Program-made: the position numbers and the translations under genes
Part shown: in pieces, positions 45,106-55,259 of the stretch
How the letters are laid out: each line of letters starts with the position of its first letter
Position numbering within the stretch: position 1 is the first letter of the stretch
DNA from: Macrostomum lignano
Lineage: Eukaryota
DNA length: 64,000 nt
Assembly (NCBI GenBank): GCA_002269645.1
Contig: NIVC01000112.1
Coordinates: 1-64,000, forward strand
Reading direction: 5' to 3'
Notes under the pieces: model-generated
What the model was told of the DNA's origin: nothing
The model's input: only the letters and a program-made list of their open reading frames with translations
The model's database searches: none

Positions 45106-47559
45106 ATGAAGCTACCAAGTGTTCTCCTGTCCTACCTGAGCATACTGCTCCTAGCAAAATCGGCGCAAGGAAATTTCACGGCCAAACAAAAGCGAATCCT
45201 GCAAGACATCTACCAGGTAGTAGCGCAAGATTTTCACTACAGGCGACATGAATGGAACTCCTTAGCTGTGAGGTACACAGGATTTTTGCACTTCTTTGGC
45301 ACCAGTTGGCGCTTAGTAACCAGACTCGGCGGCACGTACAGCGTGGGCTCGTCCACCTACTACAACCGGTGGAACTGGGACCAGGCGCTAGAAGAGTCCA
45401 CTGAGCTTCTGCGCAGCCTAGAAAGGTACCACCGAGTCTATAGACACCTCAGCTGGAATGGAGACAAGGAGCTTCAAGCCGAGTGGTACAAGCGCAATCC
45501 CAGGCACTGGTCGGACGCTGTCACCTTTCTAGACTTTATGTCGAGTCGGTCTGGCCAGCTGCACAATCCGGCAGGCGCTGAGGTGCCGGGCTATTTATCA
45601 GCCGATCGTAAACAATATGACGAGCTGCTTCGACTCGCCTACAGCGGCTATACTGCCTGTCCCTCAGCTCTGGCCAACGTCACCCGTCAGCTGTTGGATT
45701 CGACAGTCCAAATAATCAATGAAACCAGCCGTCAAGTGGACGCGATGCTTTACGAAGACGAACCATTGTCAAGAAACCTATCGGACTCAACGAACACTTC
45801 AATTGCAGACGACGCAGTCATACAACTAGTGTCGATAACAAGCGAATACAACCTCCTGTCTGGCCTAGTCTGGGACACAATGCCAGCGCTGATAGCTAAC
45901 TATTCCCAATCGATAGCAGACTCGCCAGCGGGCTGTCAGAATCGCACAGGCCCGATGTCGACAGAGCAGCTGACCAGTCGAGCTAACAACATTAGCCATG
46001 CCGTGGCTAGCCTAGGGCGACAAGTGCTGGCCCACGTGCTGCTTTTTATGCAGCACTATCAGGAGCACTGGTCTCAATGCTGCACTGATAACAAGATTTC
46101 CGAACCCGATCTCACTAATGAGCAGCGGGCGAGTCTACTAGCATTCTATTGCCGCGTATTGCAAGAAGACATTGACAAAGACTTAGCTAGGCACCTGGAG
46201 ACGGGCGAGATGACGCAGCTAAGGCAGCTGTTGGCTACTTGCAATCAGGCGACGGTCACTGGCGGCAGATGCTACAGCATTCTGGCCGACCTCTGGCATC
46301 AGCTGCGGAGGAAGATATCTCGCGAGTACTCGGCCTTTCAGCAGTACTCAAACCGCATACCAGCCATCCTGCAGGCGAAATCAATCATGAAGTTTGTCCT
46401 CCCAATGCTGGCCGTGGTTGGCTCCAGCCTCAACTTCGTCATCATATTGTATTACGCCAGACATACGCAGGTACGAAAGGTTGGTCGCAATTTTTTAATA
46501 GTATTGCTGGCCTGCTTTGACACTAGCATACTTATCGCATCGAACTTGGTTTTATTCACCGACAAGTACATGGAGCACGATCAAGAATTGAAGCCTAATG
46601 GAGCAACAGATATCTGGTGCAAATTTCAAGTCTATTTACTAAACCTAACAGTTGAATCTAGCGCATTCACGGTGGTAATCCTCAGCATAGAACGTTTCCT
46701 AGCCGTCCACTCGCTCTTCAGACAGACTTCATCAACAGGCGCACGCAAAGAGCTGCCATTCAGGCAACTGGCCATTCTGTCATTGTGCGCATTCTGCTTT
46801 GCCTGCATATTTAACTGCATGCTGATCATCGGAGACGAAATCGCTGCACCGGCTAAGTCAACAGTTGGCCGCCAGTGCGTCCAGTACGTCAGGCTGCAAA
46901 ACTTTCGCACCAATTTAGCATTTGTAACGCTGGTAAAGCCGGTGTTAAACGCTCTGGCCAGAAGCCTCCTGCCTTACAGTTTGGTCTGCGCTCTCAGCCT
47001 GGCAACCTGTTGGTTGCTATTCAAGAAAGGCGCTTATCAGAGTTTGCGCAACGAAGAGCACGGAATGCAGCAGCAGATGGAGGAACCAGCGGTACCTGCA
47101 TCGCCAATGCAACAGCAACAGTATCAGCAGGATGGCCAGCTAAGCAGAGCAATTGGTCAGTTGGGTCTGGCGCTTGCCTACCTGGTGCTTACAGCTCCAG
47201 CGCCTGTGATCTACACAATGTTCATGACGGCTCACGCGGACCGTCTCATAGTTAAACTGTCCAACGGCCTGTACGACGAAGTAGATCCGGCATTTCGAAC
47301 CCACTGGAGCCGCATCGGGCAGCTGACGGTGGCTCAGTACGCCACAGAGTACGTGCTGGTACCGCTTAGCGCGTCTATCAACTTCTGGGTATTCTACATC
47401 ACTGACAGGTCCTTCCGAACTTATGTCAATGGCTGCTTCGGCTCAGCCAGAGGTTCCGCAACGGTTGCAACAGGCGACTACGACGAGGGGATGGCAGCGG
47501 CAGCGGATGCCAACGAGGAGTTGACCGACTGCTATGAACTGCACACGGAGACTCTGTGA
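45106..47559 (+). CDS. Intronless class A (rhodopsin-like, peptide-receptor type) GPCR with signal peptide and very large ectodomain, 817 aa
   Basis: Uninterrupted ORF. Signal-like MKLPSVLLSYLSILLLAKSAQG. Seven hydrophobic segments start at ~aa 428, with GSSLN (TM1), LACFD (TM2), WCK..SIERFLAV (TM3), LPY (TM5), VLTAP (TM6) and SINFWVFY (TM7). Confidence 0.88.
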   Translation: MKLPSVLLSYLSILLLAKSAQGNFTAKQKRILQDIYQVVAQDFHYRRHEWNSLAVRYTGFLHFFGTSWRLVTRLGGTYSVGSSTYYNRWNWDQALEESTELLRSLERYHRVYRHLSWNGDKELQAEWYKRNPRHWSDAVTFLDFMSSRSGQLHNPAGAEVPGYLSADRKQYDELLRLAYSGYTACPSALANVTRQLLDSTVQIINETSRQVDAMLYEDEPLSRNLSDSTNTSIADDAVIQLVSITSEYNLLSGLVWDTMPALIANYSQSIADSPAGCQNRTGPMSTEQLTSRANNISHAVASLGRQVLAHVLLFMQHYQEHWSQCCTDNKISEPDLTNEQRASLLAFYCRVLQEDIDKDLARHLETGEMTQLRQLLATCNQATVTGGRCYSILADLWHQLRRKISREYSAFQQYSNRIPAILQAKSIMKFVLPMLAVVGSSLNFVIILYYARHTQVRKVGRNFLIVLLACFDTSILIASNLVLFTDKYMEHDQELKPNGATDIWCKFQVYLLNLTVESSAFTVVILSIERFLAVHSLFRQTSSTGARKELPFRQLAILSLCAFCFACIFNCMLIIGDEIAAPAKSTVGRQCVQYVRLQNFRTNLAFVTLVKPVLNALARSLLPYSLVCALSLATCWLLFKKGAYQSLRNEEHGMQQQMEEPAVPASPMQQQQYQQDGQLSRAIGQLGLALAYLVLTAPAPVIYTMFMTAHADRLIVKLSNGLYDEVDPAFRTHWSRIGQLTVAQYATEYVLVPLSASINFWVFYITDRSFRTYVNGCFGSARGSATVATGDYDEGMAAAADANEELTDCYELHTETL

Positions 47560-48419
47560 ACCCTGCGATATCTATGACCTTATATAACCGTGACTATTTG
47601 ACAATTTCACTTAAGTCACATGACACTGAAGCCTCCTGGCAATTTTTTCTTGAACCGTGAATATTTGCACTTTAAAATGTTTCTGTGAAAACTATCATCA
47701 CGCATCTAAAAACTTTGTACACTCTTTATTATTTATAAATATATCCTAGCAAGCACACTTATGAAAGCACTGATGAAAATAAAAACGTTGCTGGAAATCT
47801 TCAGATAGATTTCCTTGGCATAATTCTGATTTAAATATAGTCTAGAAAAAATAAAGCTCGGCAATAAGACCGTGTCTAAGAGACAGATTATATCACTTCA
47901 TCTTCTGCAATCCTATTTGCGTGTCGCGATGATTTAAATAGCAATAAACTGAAAAAAAAACTCGGAAAATTTCAAAGCTGAATCAAGATGAAGGATTTAA
48001 TCACGTAATCAGAATGTATATTTAGAACTCAGCTTCGTAATCAGCAACGAAAGCTCAAACATACAGCCCTAATTATTGGGGACACGAGATTTGCCCGCAG
48101 ACGAATTGCCCGCCGAGGTTTGCCAGCAATGCTTTTTCCCTGCAGCGCATTGAGCTACAGATGTAGTTAAAAAATGAATGGCTCACAGATGCGCCCCTCT
48201 ATGTATATGGAAATGAAAAAATACAAGAAGAATATGCATTTAATATGCAGTTACCATCAAAACGTTTTTATCGGGTAAATCTTTTATTAAGAATTACTAA
48301 GCATTGGATGGGGGCAATGCAGAAATAATCAGCCACGTGGCAAAGTGCGCTGCAGCAAAAAAGCATTGCGGGCAAACCTCGGCAATTCTCTCATCATCTC
48401 TTTTCCCGTACCTTCATCT

Positions 48420-49290
48420 TCCCTGATCCCATCTCTCTCTTCTCTTATCCCTCACTCTCTTCCCGTATCCCCACTCTTTTCCCTTATCCCTCACTCTCTT
48501 CTCTTATCCCTCACTCTCTTTCATTATCTCTCACTCTCTTCTCTTATCCCTCACTCTCTTCCATTATCCCTCACTCTCTTCTCTTATCCCTCACTCTCTT
48601 CTCTTATCCCTCACTCTCTTCCATTATCCCTCACTCTCTTCTCTTATCCCTCACTCTCTTCCCTTATCCCTCACTCTCTTCTCTTATCCCTCACTCTCTT
48701 CTCTTATCCCTCACTCTCTTCTCTTATCCCTCACTCTCTTCTCTTATCCCTCACTCTCTTCTCTTATCCCTCACTCTCTTCCCTTATCCCTCACTCTCTT
48801 CTCTTATCCCTCACTCTCTTCCCTTATCCCTCACTCTCTTCTCTTATCCCTCACTCTCTTCCCTTATCCCTCACTCTCTTCTCTTATCCCTCACTCTCTT
48901 CCCTTATCCCTCACTCTCTTCTCTTATCCCTCACTCTCTTCTCTTATCCCTCACTCTCTTCTCTTATCCCTCACTCTCTTCCCTTATCCCTCACTCTCTT
49001 CTCTTATCTCTCACTCTCTTCCCTGATCCCTCACTCTCTTCTCTTATCCCTCACTCTCTTCCCTGATCCCTCACTCTCTTCTCTTATCCCTCACTCTCTT
49101 CCCTTATCCCTCACTCTCTTCTCTTATCCCTCACTCTCTTCCCTGATCCCTCACTCTCTTCTCTTATCCCTCACTCTCTTCCCTGATCCCTCACTCTCTT
49201 CTCTTATCCCTCACTCTCTTCCCTGATCCCTCACTCTCTTCTCTTATCCCTCACTCTCTTCCCTTATCCCTCACTCTCTTCTCTTCATTC
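48420..49290. repeat. Pyrimidine-rich minisatellite, 20 bp unit CTCTTATCCCTCACTCTCTT
   Basis: Directly visible; explains ORF 48345-49226. Confidence 0.96.
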
Positions 49291-50899
49291 TCTTCATTCT
49301 CTTCCCTGATCTTCCATTCTCACACCTATCACTCTTCACTCGTAGCTCGCAGATTCGTAGATTATTGTTCACTTATTTCCATATCTAATAAAAGTTTTAT
49401 TTAATTTATCATTTCCCTATCAAAATTACCGGGATTACATAAAAGTGGACAGAAATCGGAAAGCCTGAACAAGAAGCAACAGTGTCGGGTATTAAAAGCA
49501 CAGCCAAGAGAGAACGAAGACTCCAAAGCAAACTCAGGCGTGACCCTAAAATCTGGGAGCTTCCCCGCCCCAGAGAAAAATGTAGACGGGGAGACAAGGG
49601 AGATAGAGACCAGGGCGCGAACAAACAAGGCAATCCGAGCTTAGCCGAGTGGAAAACTCGGGCTCTAAGGGGGGAAAGGGAACAGGGAGGCCAAACTAAC
49701 CAAAATTTTAATCAAATTCAGCACAGCGAGCGGCGGGATCCTTCAGCCAGCCGTGGCAGCCGCCCCGAGTCCTCCTGACACAAGCTTGTCCTATCCAGCA
49801 ATTTCTAATCCCACATCCCAAACTCTTCTTCCTTGCTTTTGATGAGAGAAATCTCTGTTAAAAAATCTAAATCAGAGTTTCTAAAAAGTCTGTTTAAACT
49901 CCCATATGCCAAGGACTAAGGAGGAAATTTCCCCGATAACTTTTTTGGTTTTGTTGCACAAAAAAATCCAAAAGATTATTGCTTAGTTAGAATTATATAG
50001 GAATATAAGTCGGCTGTCAGCAGTTTCATTAAATTTTAGAAGCCTATAATGGCTCTCTATTTTGGTCTCTAGCAGCAAAAATGTTGAGAATTTTCATCTC
50101 TTGCCCATTGCACTGACCCCTGAGCTCATGACAGGCAGGCAAATACTCAAAGCTGGCCCTGCCTGATTCATGCTCACACAAGATGTGCAGTGACCCTATG
50201 CTGCTTTTCTCCTATCTCTTGAACTTTAAATTCTGTGCATATACCTTAGTTGCAATCTAATTTATAATTACAAAAAAAGAATAATTTTTATTCATGTACT
50301 ACCACTAGTAGCATATTATGGTAATAATTGCATAAATTTTTATATTAAAAGTGGAAAAGGATAATTTACTAAAAACTCTAATGTTCATTGTTCAACCATA
50401 AATATGGCTATAGAATATAACAAAATATTGCATGAGCAATAATAGCTAGTAGATACACTAAAAAACTTATAAATCTGAATATATAACACTTGTAGTTTGA
50501 ACTTTTTAGTTTATAATTTTTTTTCTAAAATGTAGATATTTACAACTCTAGTATAATAGGTTTTTACTGTTTAAAAACTATAAATTAAACATTTTTTTAA
50601 ATTATAGGTCTAACACAGATCAATGTGAAAGTTAAAATAATATTACAATGACAATTAGTGAAAAAAGCATAGTTTATTATCCAAAATAGAATTCTGTAAT
50701 ACTAATTTTTGTTTGCTACTTTTTTGTCTACTAATATTCATAGAGTCATTTTTTCTACTCATTTGGGTCATTTCTTCTGCTATAAAAAACTCCAATACAA
50801 GATTAATGAACTTAGAAAAGGGTTCTAGTCTCAATGTAAGAAGATTTCTTAATAATTTTTGCTTACCTTCAGATGTTCCAAGATGTTAAGATGTACAAT

Positions 50900-52660
50900 G
50901 AAGTACATATAAATGTAGATATACATGTAGGGCTATATATATAATTCAATAGATTCCTAAGTGCTACACTTTGATTTTGTATACTAATGCATTGTTAATT
51001 TTATTATATCTATGTATAAAGTATAAAATTATTACAACAATATACAAAGCCATTTAAAAAATACTACTTTTGTTCAAACAAGTAAATTAATATATTATAT
51101 TAATTGAACTTTTGAACCTTTTATTTAATTTTAAGCCTATCCTGTGGGTGCAAAACCATATAACTAGGACCTATATCATATTTGTCTACTAGTAAAAGTT
51201 CTTACATTTGCTTGAAAGGTGGCAAACAAAATCACTATATACTAAATAGGCCTACTATTAAGGCTAAAGGAAAAAAACATTTTTTTTTCAAGATGCAAGA
51301 ACAATGTAATAAACTATTTTTTTCTATTCTCAAGGCTTAATCAATTTTTTATATTAAAAATATTTAAATTTTTTATATTTTTTTATTGTTCCTATTTTTT
51401 ATAATAGGTTAGCTTTGTTGCCTCTAGTTATAAAACAACATATTAATATGCATAAGTATATCCATTAAAAAAACAAAAATTAAGATATTGGCTTTACTAT
51501 AGCAAAATTAGCAAAAAACCTTTTTATAGGCCTTTTATATAGGCCCATATTATATACCTATATGCCCCTTATTAGTAGCCAAGGGTCAACTTATACCAAA
51601 TGTTTCTTTTAAATACAAGAAAGTTGAAACAGTAAATATACTAGATAAAGCCAATTGTCTCCTATTTTTCTTTGCTAAAGATGCTTGACACTTTGAGCCT
51701 TAGTAGAATAGTATGCCAAGAAATTATTAAATCTAATAGGAATCTAGTAGGAATTGGACCATAATTAAAAACTTCAATAAAGGTTCCCATGGCTTGCCAA
51801 TATGTATATAAAAAGCAAGTTTGAATAGTGTTTTTTGCAAATGTTTGGCTTTGCTTATATATGGTCATAAAATAATAATAAAGAATAAAAAGCAAATATA
51901 AGTTACAAACAATAGAAAAATCTTGTTCTAATATTGTAAAGTATTTTTATACTTTTTTTATAGATAAAACCAATAGATATAGAAATATACATCTGACTTT
52001 CATTTAGATGATAAAAAACTATATAAAATTTTTCATAAAAAGATAGGCCTATTAAAAAATGGTAACACACAAAAAGAAACTTGCATTTTTTAAATTGAAT
52101 AACATTGTCAAAGCTAGCATAAGATAGCATAAAAAGCCTTTATAAAATGCAAGAACAATGTAATAAACTATTTTTTTCTATTCTCAAGGCTTAATCAATT
52201 TTTTATATTAAAAATACTTAAATTTTTTATATTTTTTATTGTTCCTATTTTTTTATAATAGGTTAGCTTTGTTGCCTCTAGTTATAAAACAACATATTAA
52301 TATGCATAAGTATATCCATTAAAAAAACAAAAATTAAGATATTGGCTTTACTATAGCAAAATTAGCAAAAAACCTTTTTATAGGCCTTTTAGTCTTATGC
52401 ATTTCAAGCTTAAGGCTAACTTTTTTAGGTTTTATTGCAAAGGTTTTGGCTATTCTGGTTATATTAGATTTACTTGTTTGAACAAAAGTAGTCTTTTTTA
52501 AATGGCTTTGTATATTGTTGTAATAATTTTATACTTTACATATAGATATAATAAAATTAACAATGCATTAGTATACAATTCAAAGTATAGCACTTGGGAA
52601 TCTATTGAATCATATATATAGTCCTACATGTATATCTACATTTATATGTACTTCATGTAT
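50900..52660. repeat. AT-rich composite: ~190-bp inverted repeats (50900-51087 / 52470-52657) enclosing ~245-bp direct repeats (51293-51537 / 52146-52390)
   Basis: Both repeat pairs are readable by eye with few, mostly transition, differences. Confidence 0.8.
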
Positions 52661-52847
52661 TAGATTTATTTTATCAATAGATAAATAAGAGATAAAGAAG
52701 CTAAAATATTAGACCCTAAGCCTAGCTTAGGCCTAAGCATTGAAATTGGTTTTTAAAAATATTAAAATGTTAATAGGCTTAATAAACAATTTTTCAATCA
52801 AAAATTATTAGGCCTAAGCCTATTTGCCTATAGTACTCAATAGTACT

Positions 52848-53436
52848 TGTTGTATGCATATGCGAATTATTTGTCTATGTGCAAAACCATCTGCCCCCAT
52901 TTATATGTTGACCCCAAACAAGCAACCAAATATATTAACTCATTTTCAGCCTAGCACCAATTACTGTGGCTTAATGCCAAGAACATAACATGGTGTTGCA
53001 AGCAGGATTACATGGTCAAGTTAGTAAGCGACCAAATTTTCTGTCCCAATTGCGTGTACATCCACCAATGTCTACTACTAGAACAGCTCTCTACTACTGG
53101 TGTATCTCAGAAGCAAGGTGAAGCACAAGAGGCCCTAGACAAGCCAAAGACCGTATAGCCAAGGCAAAGTCAATGGTCAACAAGGGAGTCCCGGCATCCA
53201 AGTTGCATTACAAGAAGTTGGATGAACCAGTTAAAGCTTAAAAGGGGAGATAAAGAAGAAAGAACTGTAAAATTGATTTGCTTAAAAGGGGAGATATTGT
53301 ATGCATATGTGAATTATTTGTCTATGTGCAAAACCATCTGCCCCTATTTATATGTTGACCCCAAACAAGCGACCAAATATTTAACTCATTTTTGGCCTAG
53401 CATCGATTACTGTGGCATAATGTCAATAAAATAACA
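52848..53436 (+). mobile_element. Miniature LTR retroelement (TRIM-like), 589 bp
   Basis: LTRs at 52848-52990 and 53295-53436 (TG/TA...ACA ends). PBS-like TGGTGTTGCAAGCAGGATT starts at 52991. Polypurine tract AAAAGGGGAGA at 53284-53294. 5-bp target duplication GTACT (52843-52847 / 53437-53441). No internal coding capacity. Confidence 0.85.
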
Positions 53437-53493
53437 GTACTATAGTATAGTAAGCCTACTCAATAGTACAGATAGTACTCAATAGGCAAAATA

Positions 53494-54279
53494 GGCTCAT
53501 TCCATATAAGATGGACATATTTGGAAAATAGAAAAAAGTCAATATTTTTGCTTGCCATTGCCTAATTAGCCTATTTTTTTACCAAATGTTTATATTGTGC
53601 AATATATACAATCTAAGAATAAAGGAATGGTAAAATGTTGGATTAGTATGTTATCAATTGGCAAAAAGTCATTTTTGTAAAAATTTGGACATTTTTCGAA
53701 GCAAAAGACATCATTAAGATTTTGTACCTTTTAAAAACAAATAGAAAGCTTTTGAAGGTTGAAACAAACTATAGATAAAAGTATAGTACTTGCATCATCA
53801 GATAAAAGCATTGGTGACCAAATAATCTATTATATTTTTAATGTATTAGTACCTCAAAGTTACTGAATTGACAGAAAAAATATGTTACGACCATAATGTT
53901 ACGACTATAAGGCTGCCTTTTCTTTTGTATCTTAGTTGCCTTTTGAGTTTATATATTCTAATAAAAGAGTATGATTTCTAAAGATGTTCTTAGTCAAATT
54001 TTAAAAATGTATTGCAAAATATCAAAAATGAAAAATGTTATAAGACTTTTACCTTTCAGTTTCTATATGTCAAAAATCCTGTCGTTACGACCATAAGTGT
54101 CATTTAAGGTTTAATAGCATCTATACTAATGATGATATCTATAATGAAACTCTATAAATATATTCTAGACAAAATAATCTTTCATTTAAAATATTGGTTT
54201 AGTATATTCTATTATTAGATTTCATTTTATAAGTAAAAATAACCTGTCATGTTACGACCATGCTTATATGGAATGAGCC
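53494..54279. mobile_element. MITE-like element with 17-bp TIRs GGCTCATTCCATATAAG
   Basis: TIRs at 53494-53510 and 54263-54279; internal repeated GTTACGACCAT motif (53884, 54085, 54251). TSD unclear. Confidence 0.6.
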
Positions 54280-55259
54280 ATTAGACCTATAAAAAAGTTA
54301 ACATTTAAGATAGGCCTCAAGTTAGGCCTATATAAAAAGTTTTGTAGCTATTTATTACCCATAGGCCTAGTCTGAAGGAAGATGCAATAGAAGTTAAGAA
54401 TAATAAATTAGTAGGCCTACTTGACAGTTTTTAAAACAACAAAAGGTGTTTCTTTATTCTAGTAAAAAAATTATCAAATGGAATAAAGCATTGCTAAAAA
54501 AGGCCCAAATTTCAAAATCTCCCAAGACTAAGTCCTTAACTAAGTTAGGGCCTGACTTAGTCTTGGGAGATTTTGAAAGGCCCTAATTGGTTCTAATATT
54601 GTCCCTAATAGCATAGGGCCTAACTTAAAAGTCTTAAACAGTCAAGATAGCTAGGCCCTAGTGCTGTTTTCTGGGGAATTTTCCTTTACAGAAATGGATT
54701 TGACAAGGCCCACTACTTATTCTGGTGCAGAGAGGATAGCAGGCTATCTACCTAAATTTCTGGACTGATACAAATCCATATGGAATCACTGGAATGGCAT
54801 TGGCATTGGTACAGCTGTACAGCAGGTGCAGGATATCTACCAATATCTATCTAGACTCTAGACTAGAGCCATAGTCATAAATATACTCCCCCTATATGTC
54901 ATAGGCCTATATTTATATGATATTCCTATTCAAATCAATATTTTTACAGTAGTACAATAATAGAGCGATTATAAATGATGTAATATTAGGCCTAAGCCTA
55001 ATATAATGTAGCACCATGGCCTATTTCCTAATTTCTAATGATCCACCGTCTGCGCGGGGAAAAACTTCGCTTTCTTGCGTCAAAAGATGACACACGGCTT
55101 AACTAATATATATGATGGAGGCCTAATATAGAGCTGAACCCTGGGACCTGCCGCCCTGGGGCTCCAGCCGGCTAAGCCGGGATATAAGTGCGTATATATG
55201 CCGTATGGGTTTCTTAGAAAGTTTCGTATCAAATTAGAATCTTTTTTCTTCGTCTCGAC

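Noticed and set aside
48345-49226. 293-aa ORF
   Set aside because: It is a translation of the 20-bp pyrimidine-rich minisatellite.
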